From Cirrosporium novae-zelandiae (taxonomy: Eukaryota), in the NCBI GenBank assembly GCA_026023565.1, contig JAPETS010000018.1, positions 186,001-250,000 of the forward strand: a stretch of DNA of 64,000 bases. The letters are read 5' to 3'. How positions within the stretch are numbered: the first letter of the stretch is position 1; each line of letters opens with the position of its first letter. The notes beneath the pieces are model-generated. The model ran no database searches. It saw only the letters and a list, made by a program, of their open reading frames with translations, and was not told where the DNA came from. Below are positions 37,320 to 49,025 of the stretch, one piece after another. Position numbers and translations under genes: made by a program.

Positions 37320-39128
37320 GGCTTCTTGCTTTTTGGAATCTCCTCTTTTCTCATCGATTGCCACGATTTATCGCCCTTGGCGGCTTCGTTTTTGCATTCT
37401 ATTCCATTTCTGGTTTCACTAACATTGATGGAACGATCCATTCACCTCATTCGGCGTAATTACCTTGGAACCTAAGGTCTTCTTTGGACGATTACTCCCC
37501 CCCCCCCTCCCACACCTTAGGTGTTTCGAACTCCTCGAAATGTATTTGGGATTTGATTGCTATGCTAGTTCTATCGCGGATAGACAACCGTTTTGTGGAG
37601 TTGTGCAGAGTCGGTGGGTGATGCTAAAGCCAAGCTATCGATTCTCTCTCGACTATCGTACGTCCCAATGCTTTGGTGATGGGCGCGTGTGCCTTTGGAA
37701 ATGCCCATGCTTCTTGTCGGCGTTGTCGTTGTTGTTGTTATTACTTTTCTTATCACTTAGTGGTTGGTTCCGTTATCCGCTCCGGCTGTTTGCAACGCGC
37801 GAGCCGCAGTTACTATTCAAGATGGCCTCGATGCTTGCTCAATACGGTATATACAATGAACTCAAGGATCAACACTCCACAACAGATTTTAAGCTAGTTT
37901 TCGATGCTGTGGCTGCGACGAGATTATATTATACCATGGGAATCGGATTGCATGAACGAATGACGAATACGCATTTCGAGGTTTCTCCTTTAGATCATTC
38001 AGTAAACATGTGCCTCCGCTTCCATGAATTTGACTGAACATGACAGCATATTCAGCATATGTTTCTTGTATCAGCCTATCCAACTACCAAATTGATTTGG
38101 ATGCTTTGGACCCGGCTACGGGAAGAGTCTCAATTACTGCAAACGACCGAGGATGCGACATCGCGCAAGACTTTGAGGTCGCTGACGAGCAAGCCGTGTA
38201 TTTCAAGACCACATCGGAAATCGGATGCTCCTCAGCCGCCTACTATAGTCGTCTTGTCTTCACTGCTGGAACTTATTCCCCCAAATCGTCACCCTTGCCG
38301 TCAAACCTGAGCCTGATCTCCTGTGTCCCGGGCTTACCGCATCACCCTGGGTTTCCTAACCATCAGAGTCGGCTTGACCTCGACTCCAGTCATCCTATCG
38401 TTCGATCCAAATGGAAAGCCCGATACCACTCGCCCAGGGCTGTGGCGGGTCTTCGAACAAGACATCTTCGGATCTGTTACTTTGAACTTCTAAACAAAAT
38501 GGTCGACGACTGATTTCGGAAGTCTGATTCTCTATTATGCCTCGCAGCTGGACCCGAGATCATAGCTGTCGGTGGAAACGCTCATCGCCTCAATATCTGA
38601 CTTGTTCACGGCTGTGTACCTGACGGCCGTCGCCACCTAAGCCCTTGAAGAAATACACCCACCCGAGTCAACGATAGGAACACTATCTGCTACAACAATT
38701 CGTCTGTATGTCATACCATGGGTAGCTTACATGATCATCTCGATCCCCTTGGTCGGAATAATCTGTACCATCCAGAGCATGATATATGTCCACCAACACC
38801 CATCTATCTTCTTCGAAGAGCCATCAGGAATTTTCTCCTATGCTAGCATCCTCCACGGAAGTCGTCTCAGTGACATGGCGCATGAGGTTTGCACTTCAGA
38901 GGAGTACGATGGACAATTCCTAAAACTAGCGAAAAACTGTCAGGAGGAGAAGGGTTATCCTTAGGTGACATGATATACAAGGTTGATGGAGATGATTATG
39001 CTCGAGCAGAGATTCAAGTCTTGCCAGCAGTGGCAATTGAACAAAAGGCAGAACGAGGCGATGCCCAATCCACCACCCAGCAGAATGACGCAATAACACT
39101 GCCTAATGAAATGTCTAAACGCGTGTGA
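37320..39128 (+). pseudogene. Fragmentary membrane-protein pseudogene (DUF3433-like)
   Basis: Protein-like segments (SLDYRTS, TAYSAYVSC, SLISCVP, TIGTLSATTIRLYVIPWVAY, EEPSGIFSYASILHGS) are spread over different frames. In-frame TAG at 38563 and TAA at 38638; no intact 5' end. Confidence 0.65.
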
Positions 39129-39703
39129 TAGGGGCTTGAAAAAAAAGTTGTAGAAAGTTGTAAACTTCCGGTATTTAACTACTGCTTGCAAGTTGTTTGC
39201 CGGTTCAGTTTGCAGTCCGCAGTAGTATATAATAGCTTCTCACTAATAATGATCGCTGCAGTCTAATAAACTGCACCCCGAATCTGTGCGGTCTTGAGAG
39301 GTAAGATGTGCGTGATGTGGTAAGACTAAAAGATAATAATGAGGAATGAAGTTGAACGAGGTGCTAATTTCTGGGTAGCGGGGGGTCTCCCCTTGAGCTT
39401 TGTTGGCTGAAGATCTTCTGCAGGAAAAAGAATCAACAACAATAGCCGAAAGCCAAGATTGCTAACCTAACTTAAAGAATCTTTTATCATTAAGTGGATC
39501 TAAGTGGTCAGTCGCTAATAAGGTAGAATTAGAACAGCAAGTTTACTGAGATCTACTAACGCTAAGTATTAAGTAACTACCTTGGCCTGTTGTACATCCA
39601 AGAAAGGTTAAAGCACAGGAAAGCCCTGATAAAAGATTAATGAGACGAACAAAGGGGGTATAATTCGCTAGGAAGGATCAGTAGCCAAGCACATCTTAAT
39701 CTT

Positions 39704-41212
39704 CTATGCCGCCACATTGGCAACTTCAGAAGGCTTTGCTTCTTCAGCAGGAGCCACTTTCTTTTCTTCTGTCACTTCTGGTTCAGGCTCTTTCTTGGCG
39801 GCCTCAACGGCATCCCCTGCTGGCGTAGGTTCAGGCTCAGACTCTTTCTTGTCTTCCTTTGGTTCCTCCTTCGGCTCCGCTGGAGCGATATCTACCAATA
39901 TCACCTCCTTACCAGTTTTATCCAAACCTTCACCTTTACCACCATACAAAGATGGGAGCTCCGCACTGTATCCAAACTCTTTTGCAAGATTGGTTCCATT
40001 TGAGATTGGATGGAACTTGCGAATTGTCTCCTTGCTTACAAAAAGCTTCATCGCCGCGAACATCCAACCCATGATTGCGGGAACGTTGACAAAGTACTTC
40101 TCTCGGAGTAGCTCTGGATAAGCCATGGAGAACACCTCGATGGTCTTCTTGCTGGATGCGCGAATGGCTGAACTGGGACGAAGGAAGCTGATATTCTTGT
40201 AGTCGTGCACTTGAATCATCTGGTAGTTATCACGCTTGTCGCCAGTGAGCGTAAGCGGAACCTTTTCTGTCGCTGCGGATAGATTGAGGGTTTGGATGGC
40301 CAATTCCATCAAGGCAACACGCCATTTGATAAATCTGATACACAAGTGGTTAGCCTTAGCGGGTGGTCCAATTGAATATTCGTCGAAAACAGTGAAATTC
40401 ACAAGGTGATAATGCACTTACTCATCCACATTACCAAAGGTCTCATTGATGTTCTTGCAAGCACCATATATATTCCATGTGAAAACAGTTTCCCCATAGA
40501 TAGTGATATATCCGAGGCCAGCAAATTTCCTCTGATTGAACTCTCCCTTGAGCAGTTCAAGAGGCTGAAGCTCCTTGCGAAACTTCAAGGCCTTGAGTAG
40601 CTGTGATGCGGCCCCATCGACATTCAGATTGTTGGCTCGAAGGAATTTGGTCAAAACATTGACAGTAGGAACATCATCGGCGTCTTTGAGCTCAACACCC
40701 CACATTTCATGATGAGAGGCTTCCTCAAGAATGGAGGGAAGCTTGGAGAAGAGCTGGTCAAGAGGACCTTTGGATTCGGCCTTGGGCTCCACCTTTTCCT
40801 TTTCTTCCTTTGGTGTTTCATCAGGCTTAGAGCCGTCTGGTTGAGCAACTACATCCTCTAATGCAACAGGCTTTGGCTCGGTAGTCTTTTCGTCAGTGGT
40901 GGCAGGCTCTGTTGTAGCTATTCGATTAGTTAGCTCTACGTCACCTCGATAAAAATTGAACAATACAATTGCATCTTTCGTGGTGATGGACGATTGCTTT
41001 ATGCGTACCTGGAGCTGGCGTGACCTTATCAGCTTCCTCCGAAGATTCGTTGCTAACATTCTCGCTTGGATTCTCAGTCGTCACAACTTAACAAGTCAGT
41101 CCACTCCAAAGAAAATTCCAGACGAAAAGCAAGTACCTGGATCTGATGTCTTCTCCTTCTCTGGAGTAGTCGTAGAAGCTTCAGCCGGGGAGGTTACACG
41201 GGCTTCAGCCAT
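39704..41212 (-). CDS. SFH5: Sec14/CRAL-TRIO phosphatidylinositol transfer protein Sfh5
   Basis: Motifs HHEMWGVEL, LTKFLRAN, FTWNIYG, FIKWRVALME, QVHDYKNISFLR, YPELLREKYFVNVP. ATG 41212 with small 5' exons. Confidence 0.92.
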
Positions 41213-43501
41213 TTTGTCGGTGGTATTTAATGTGTGGTATTCTATTGCAGAGCTCGGACCTTAGATGTGCAGAGAAGCGGATAAGAACAAGGAGCAAGAT
41301 CCGGAACGCGGAAATCGGGAAATTTTAAGTCTGACGCTTTGGAGCCTGAGGCATCGAGAAATTCAATTTACGGAGATTCGATTCATTTCGCCGAAACGTT
41401 GTTCTCATTGTTCTCAGGGGAGCACAAGAGATAACAAGAAAAGCCCTTTGTTCCAGCTGCCAATCTCCTCTGCTTTCCCCTCCTTATTGCTTCATCACGC
41501 TACTAAGTATATGCATATTCCTTGTTCTGCTGATCAAAGGTATTCTTTGACTGTTGGGGAGATTCGAACGCCCAATTTGACAATTCCGTACAACAATCGG
41601 AGCTTCATGGTTTGAAACAGCAGTGGTAAGAAACAAGGTATCCAATTACGCCCTGCCGAAACATAGACAAGTCAATCTCCTACACCATTTTTCTTGTCCT
41701 ACCAATTTTCACATCCACCATTCCCATCAGTAATTGGACCATCCAGATGGGTTCTCTTTCTTAGATATATAGGAAGCTCAATCATTCGATGAATGGAGAT
41801 TAGAGTCAAATCTCCCAAGTCATGCAACAGACATCACTGCAGCTTCGAATGTCCCTGTGGTGTTTCTTACAATTTCATGGATCATCATGATCCCATCAGA
41901 CTGGAACTATCAGCTCTGTACTGGTCTTATGACGCAGAAGCAGTGTCATTATACTCACCTCTGGTATTCTTTTCGCCCTGAAGAGCCCTTATCAACGGAC
42001 CGCTGCTAGAACCATTGTTAATATTATCCACAAACACCTCTGCTATTCAGGCCTATGGCTACTACCTCTACAATTTACGCTATTACGCTATATAGATGAA
42101 CAAGAAATGTTTTCATCAGACGCTCTTAGAACTCTCTACCAGTACATTGCGCCTCTTATAACCGACCGCTAGACTACCAGACCCTTCCAGATCACATTCT
42201 TTCACCATTTAACTCGCTCGCCTTGGCACAATATATATTCAGCTTAGGCAACTCATACTACCTATGTTCTTATTCAGAGTTCGGTATCCCCTTTACCCCA
42301 CCAAATATCAACCAGATATAGGCTCCTAAAGATGAGGGAGATAGTATGGATCTTCATTCAAAGAAGACAAATCCGGAAATTTCGGGTGTATTTGCTTTCA
42401 CTTAGCAAAAAACATTAATGTTGCAAAACCACAAGCCCAACTCCATAGCTACGAGATAACTAACTTATCTCCATCATCGCCCATATTCTATTAAGCGCGT
42501 ATCTATATATCTATAGAGTGCTGTTAATAATCCCTAAGCTGATTTCGCAACACTGCACACTGTTTCTCAGTCAGCAAGCAAGCCCAAAGTTACATCCTTT
42601 AATGGCAGCCCTGCATGGGATAACCTAAAACCAATCATCAACCCTTTTTCATCATTCGCTCTCGCCATCCGCTTATTTATTTACTCGAACACAAAGTCCA
42701 TACCAAAACTCCCTTTTACCCTAGCAATAATATTCCGACATCGGTGTACACAATGGAAGTCCGGCTACCACAAGAATCCCATCGCAGGATCGTAACTAAC
42801 CAGAACGGCGTTAATTAATTGACTCTCCTGGGCTCAAATATTTTGGAGTATAGAGAGTACCAAAAAAGTGCTACGCTACAAAGTACTGTACAGTACACCC
42901 AAAGTCAATATTGACAAGAAAAGCATATCAAATGACTGCATCACCACTTCCTGGTACTGCAGCATCGCGGGAGCTTAAACAATCCATGGAAGGAAAAAAA
43001 CTCAACACCCCACGTCTAGAATTCCATCCGAACCGTCTAGAAGAACCTTTTATTGCTCAAGCCTCCAGTAGAAGAAACAGGCCGCAGATGCAGCCAATCA
43101 TGAATGGAGAACTTAATCTTAGCTTTATCTATTTATCGATTTATTTACTTGTGCGTTGAATTTACTTGAAGTTTGGGTTGTGTAATAAACTAATCAATTA
43201 CTCTATAGGGTGTTCTTCGGATTGTTTTGGGGCTATCCGGCGTGGGGATTGCCAGTTTTGAATCGCTAAGAGAGTTGTTGTGTGGAATGAAAACGGATGA
43301 AAGTTCCGATGAGGTAGATCTGATTAGGTCTAGTGATTTAGACCTCCTACCTTGCCTCTATAAGTAAGGTAGTTTGCTATGTACATAGGAAACATAGTAC
43401 ATATTATCTGATCAGGGCTTTTTTGGTTCGATGCCTTCATTCCAGGAATCCCTTTTTGCCTCTCAAAGGCTCATCCATTGTACTTATACAAAGCCAAAAC
43501 A

Positions 43502-44467
43502 TTATAACTCGTTCTCTAGTTCCACTAGCTCGGCAAACTCCGCCTTCGTTGTCTCCATCCCTAGCTTCGAGGGGAACACGCAAGGTTTCCTTGGGGGCCC
43601 ACCATATCCATAGAACATCGCCAATGCGCATTTCACAGCCACAAAACCCCCTTTGATAGCAACCCAGTCACCTCTTGCAACGATGGCTTGTAGTTTCTGC
43701 GCCTCGGGAAGTTGGCCCTTGTTGTAGAGGTCCATAACCTGGATACATGCTTTTGGAGCCACATTTCCAATACCACCTATGATCCCATGGCCGCCAGCTA
43801 TCAACGTCGGGAGTGTGAAGTCTGCGGAGCCACCGAATGTTAAGAATCCCTGTGGGGCTCCAGCAGCGATGCGTGCAAGTTTTCCGGTATTACCGCATGT
43901 GAGCTTCACACCAACGATGTTAGGGTGTTCCGAGAGAGCTAGAATCTGATCGGAGTTGAGGTCTAGACCACCTGATGCACTAGGGAAGTTATAGATCAGA
44001 ATGGGAATAGGTGAGGTATCGGCGACGGTGCGGAAGTGGTCAAGGACCAAGTGAGATGTGAGGAGAGATCCATAATAGCTTGCTGGAAGGACAAGTGCAT
44101 ATGAGCCGCCAGATTGGTATGCCTCTTTGCACAGCTGGATTGTTTCTCTCGTGGACTGTGCACCACAACCAACAATCACGGGCATAGAGAAGTGATTTAC
44201 AGAGTCAAGGGCTTCTCGGGTAACTCTAGTGATGGTCATTCGTTCGTCATGGGAGAGATGTGCGGCTTCGCCGTTACTACCGTGGGTCACGATTCCGGAT
44301 ATGCCTGTCTGTGCAAGCCTTATAACATGTTCTTCGGTGGTGGACACATCCAGATCTTCGGATCCTGCTTCGAAAAAAGCAACAGTGGGGACGTAAAAAC
44401 CGGGCACTAGAGGTCTTGATGGGTAGTCACCATTAACAGTATCTGTGTATCCGTCTAAGCTAGCCAT
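43502..44467 (-). CDS. DHDPS-family 2-keto-3-deoxy sugar-acid aldolase (GaaC/Lga1-like)
   Basis: Motifs PGFYVPTVAFF, GSNGEAAHL, GCGAQSTRETI, IYNFP, GVKLTCGNTGKLARI (Schiff-base Lys) and GGSADF. Intronless, 321 aa. Confidence 0.92.
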   Translation of the reverse strand: MASLDGYTDTVNGDYPSRPLVPGFYVPTVAFFEAGSEDLDVSTTEEHVIRLAQTGISGIVTHGSNGEAAHLSHDERMTITRVTREALDSVNHFSMPVIVGCGAQSTRETIQLCKEAYQSGGSYALVLPASYYGSLLTSHLVLDHFRTVADTSPIPILIYNFPSASGGLDLNSDQILALSEHPNIVGVKLTCGNTGKLARIAAGAPQGFLTFGGSADFTLPTLIAGGHGIIGGIGNVAPKACIQVMDLYNKGQLPEAQKLQAIVARGDWVAIKGGFVAVKCALAMFYGYGGPPRKPCVFPSKLGMETTKAEFAELVELENEL

Positions 44468-45626
44468 TGCCAGAGACGATGAGCTTAACGATAAGGAGAA
44501 GTAAACAAGAGAAGAGAGTAAGCAATAGGGGACTTAAGTAGGGTGATTCAGGTGAGAGGTCGTATAGGCAGAAATTAAGTAATAGTAATGTTGTTATGGA
44601 TGAAAAAGAGTGACGAAGAGGAGGCGAGGGCTAAAACTATATAAATACCCGTAACAAATGACAGACTCATTGTCTTAGATACACTAGATATCTTCAAGAT
44701 ATTGATGGTAGATAGAGTATAATGATTATTCATTTTATTGTGCGCATGTCGCCTTCAGTAGTAAATAGAGTATAAACTATAGTCTTATTGCGCAATCCAA
44801 CTCCGTAAGTATAGGGTTTCATAGGGGACCAACGTTAGATCAATCTTGGTTTCTTAGTGAACTTCAAGAAACAATATTTCAATGCCAAATAGGGTGGAGT
44901 ATAAATGAAGGAGCAGGGCAATGAATCGTAGTCTGTTTAGGCTTCACCAAGTGTGGGGGTGGAGAAGATCGATTGACAGCGGGGGGTGTCGGAGTGTCGG
45001 AGTGTCGGCTTAAGGTTATTACCTTCTTCGGCCTCTATTAACGACTCCATCGATTACCTATTACAAGTACAAGGCAAAGTAATTGTGAAAGTACCACTAT
45101 TGTCACTCAAAGAGCCCCCCACGCTACCATCCCTAATAACCCCGCAATAATCCCCCCACGGCTTCAATGCAACTATATAATTACTACTTTTATCCTAAAT
45201 ACGTGACCGTGGGGGTTCCGATTTCCTTACTACAAGCTATAGCAAGCGGGGAAAGCATGGAGAACCGCGATGGGGTCGATATATTTGTATTAAATCGGAA
45301 TTCATGCAAAGAGCATCTCGGGACAGCTCCTTGAACTAAACCCATACTAGACAGAGCACCACCGACTTCGAAGGTGGGATGTGTGGGCGAAAAAGGAAGA
45401 CACTTGTCTCACCTATCCATGGCAGGAGACACTTGAGATTCTGAGATCTATTAAATAAGTTGTCTAATGGCCCCGCAGAATCGAAGGTGTGATCCAGTAT
45501 TCATCCACCAAGATTGATTCAAGTTCGATTCTTAATATCCGTTTCATTATTCCAGGCTATCTATTCTGCCAAACTAAAATCAATCTGATTTTCTTTTCCG
45601 TCTTTTTTAACTGAAAGGTCTACAAA
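44468..45626. promoter_or_regulatory. Bidirectional promoter of aldolase and dehydratase with a (GTGTCGGA)-type triple repeat and CreA-like SYGGRG sites
   Basis: GTGTCGGA-GTGTCGGA-GTGTCGGC at 44986-45009; several GTGGGG/GCGGGG/CCCCAC hexamers. Confidence 0.5.
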
Positions 45627-46879
45627 ATGACTAAGATCAAATCAATTGAATACTTTCGCGTCCGTCCACGGTGGCTGATGGTGAAAATCACCGATGAGGA
45701 TGGAGAGTACGGATGGGGAGAAGGAACCCTAGAAGGCCACACCCTAGCCGTTGAAGGGACGTTGGAGGAAATGACTACAAGGTTAATAGGCTACGAGGCA
45801 GAGTATACTTTCTCCCTTCTTCTTTCCATCCTAGGTCTTACTAATCTCTCCAAAGTAACATTGAACACATCTGGCAAACATTCTGGAGACAGGGATTCTA
45901 CCGAGGCGGTCCGGTTTTCATGTCTGCTCTATCCGGTATAGATATTGCTCTGTGGGACCTGAAGGGTCGAAAGCTTGGTGTTCCAATCCATCAACTTCTT
46001 GGAGGGAAGGTTCGGAATAAAGTTCAAGTCTACGGTTGGATTGGTGGAGATCGACCCAAGGATATCGAGGTGGAAGCGAAATCCCGTAAGGCCCAAGGGT
46101 TTACCACGATAAAAATGAATGCCACTGAAGATGTAAACTGGCTCGACTCACCTTCAATTCTCGATTCAACAGTCGAACGTCTCAAGGTGGTCAAGTCACT
46201 AGGCCTTGATGCTGGACTGGATTTCCATGGCCGCTTACACAAGCCTATGGCCAAACAGCTGGCGAAGGCGCTTGAACCCTATAGGCCCCTCTTCATCGAG
46301 GAGCCGATTCTGGTGGAACACCCTGCAGCACTGAAACAGCTGAGCGGGCTGACAAGCATTCCGATTGCACTGGGTGAGAGATTATATACAAGATGGGATG
46401 TCAAGCCGTTCCTGGAGCAAGGCTTGATAGACGTGCTGCAACCAGATATTGCGCACGCCGGTGGGATATCGGAGACCAAACGAATCGCTGCCATGGCAGA
46501 AGCATATGATATCGCCATTGCCCCTCACTGTCCTCTTGGCCCAGTCGCCCTTGCTGCAAGCATCCAAGTCGCAATGTCAATACCCAATTTCGTGATCCAG
46601 GAGATGAGCCTAGGTATGCACTATAATGTAGAAAAGACTCGTAGCGATTTGATCCTGGAGATGGGAGAAGGTATGCACTATGATGTAGAAGCGGCTGACC
46701 TGAATACTTATATTAAGGATCAGAGCGTGTTTGAGGTCAAGGATGGATACGTGGCTGGCCTGATGAAACCAGGCTTGGGAATTGATGTTGATGAGAAGAT
46801 GGTTAGGAGGAATGGGATGAAGGATCCGTGGCAGTGTAAGGAGTTTTTTGGGGCGGATGGCAGTATCAGGGAGTGGTAA
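45627..46879 (+). CDS. dgoD: D-galactonate dehydratase-like enzyme (DgoD, enolase superfamily, mandelate racemase subgroup)
   Basis: PRWLMVKI..GWGEGTLEG, intron 45803-45855, FYRGGPVFMSALSGIDIALWD, IKMNA, LDFHGR, FIEEP, GERL, QPDIAHAGGI, APHCPLGP, and terminal DGSIREW. Confidence 0.92.
46593..46690 (+). repeat. 57-bp-period tandem duplication inside the dehydratase CDS
   Basis: tgatccaggagatgagcctaggtatgcactataatgtagaa (46593) versus tgatcctggagatgggagaaggtatgcactatgatgtagaa (46650). Confidence 0.9.
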
Positions 46880-47256
46880 TATCTGTGCGATGGCGATTCG
46901 AATATGCACTATTATTATATACGGTAGAAAACAAACTTGAGGTAATTATTCATTCTCAAATGATCAATGAAAGAAAGAAATAAGAAAATGAATGCAATCG
47001 AACATTTGACAAATTCTAAATTGTTACAAAGCGCCATGATCAGATTAATTACTATGAATAAGGTGGATGAGGAGGAGGTAGAGATCCCATATTCTTTGCC
47101 CGGCGCTACACTATCTACTGCTTTTATATTTTGCAGCGCTTTATAACAGTTTTGGGGAGAATATATAGCCTCCCTAAGCCCCAAATAAGTCTCCTCGCAG
47201 CATCGACAAATCCATAACACACAGAAAGAAAATTAAATTAAGTCATAAATTATCCA

Positions 47257-48642
47257 TCATAGCTTAGATGAAGCGACACATGAAGAATCCTCCTCCCCGC
47301 CCAAGAGAACAAGACATTTCAACACCAGATTCCCATTCTCATCTTTCCCCTTCCCTGCTATATGAAACGCATCATTGACATTCTGCATCCCCCTAAATCG
47401 ATGCGTAATCATGGTTTTCAAATCCGGTAGCGGCCTTCCCTTATTTCCCTTTAACCCTTTATTACTCACGATCTCGATCGCAAGCGGATATGTATTGGCG
47501 TAGCGAAACACCCCTATAAGATCAACTTCTCGAAATGCGGCGGCGGAAACGGGGAGGATTTGAACTGGTGTTCCAGTTCCGATTATGAGAACGCGACCGC
47601 CGGGGCGAGTGGCCTATGTGTGTGTGGGTTGGAATCAACAAAGGACTAATTGAGCAAAGCAATTTCGTTCGAGAATACGAATTGGAATGTTTAATTTTTA
47701 TAGGGGAAAGGGGAATGGAATGGATGGATCTATCTTACATAAATAGCGGCTTGGAGGCATGCCTCGACACCGGTACACTCGAAGACGGCATCGAATTCGC
47801 CAATTTGTTTATCACCTCCCGCAATTGGGATGTTTCCGGCTAATGTGGCGGTTTCCTTTGCAATATTGAGGTTTTCTATTGTTGTGCTGCCGCGTTTTCG
47901 GGGTACGACGAACCCACGATCTGCGAAGCCATTCTTGACTGCAAAGTCTACACGACCTTCTTCGATGTCCGCGATTACGATTGTACTCGACCCGGTAACT
48001 TTCAATATTGCTGCGCAGAGGAGACCTACTGCCCCTGCGCCAAATATGAGGGTAATTGACTGAGGGTGCAGCTGTGCTCGCCTCATTGCTTGAATGGCTA
48101 CACCCATTGGCTCTAGCAACGCTCCTTCATCCAGCGAGACATTATCCGGGAGCTTGTAGCTCCATTTTGCAGGATGTATGATTCTTTCCTGCAGCGTGCC
48201 CTGAGCATGTGGAAACAACTTTGCAGCACTCCTAAATTGCATATCTTTACAGATATTATATCGGCCTTCCTCACAGCGTGCACAGGAACCGCATGGTTGT
48301 CCAACCTCTAGTGCAACCTTGTCGCCAATTTTAAAGTCATCCACAGAAGATCCAACGGCAGTAACGATGCCAGCAGATTCATGGCCGAGGACAAGCGGCT
48401 CGCGGACAAGGACGTCGCCGTTGGCATAGTGGCGATAGAAATGAAGGTCGGAGCCACAGATGCCTGTTGAGCGAATGGCTATTTCAAGATCATCGGGGCC
48501 AACAGCGCTGATCAGTCGAGACTCCTGTTTGGCTCAAATAATTTAGTTATTGTGGGATCAAAAAAGTCCTCTCGAAGCTCACGATTCTAAGATTCTCGGG
48601 CCCGTGAAGGACAGCTGCTTGAACACTACTACCAGTAGGCAT
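47257..48642 (-). CDS. Zn-dependent medium-chain polyol/sugar-acid dehydrogenase (sorbitol/xylitol/L-idonate 5-dehydrogenase family), 2 introns
   Basis: Motifs TGICGSDLHFY, LGHESAG, CGSCARCEEGRYNIC, GALLEP, FGAGAVGL, VFECTGVEAC and FRYANTYP. Confidence 0.92.
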
Positions 48643-49025
48643 TTTCAGACTAGAAAATTGAAATAGCAAGGATGTGAGGGTGTAGAAAACTGACCTAGTT
48701 TACTCCTAACAAAATTGTTAATTAATTAGTTATCTAGGTAGATAATTGAGGGTCTTCAAAGTGGGATGACAGGTTGAAAGCATTACAGGGAAGTGTGATG
48801 TGGAACGTGGGGGTTGGCTCGACACAATAAATTGCCGATTGCGAACAACACTCGGGACTTGGGCTGATATTGAGCGAGAAGCTCCACAGGGAAAAAGATA
48901 TCGGCAATGTATAAGAGAAGCCGACAGGATGATTAAACTACCAGCAGTAGATACACTGAGCTACTGTACCAATTCTAATTTTCATCTCTTTCTACTATCT
49001 GTGTTCCTTACCTTGATAGTGATCA

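Noticed and set aside
41700..43400. Possible gene between SFH5 and the aldolase
   Set aside because: Only short ORFs with frequent stops, no recognisable motif and no consistent splice pattern.
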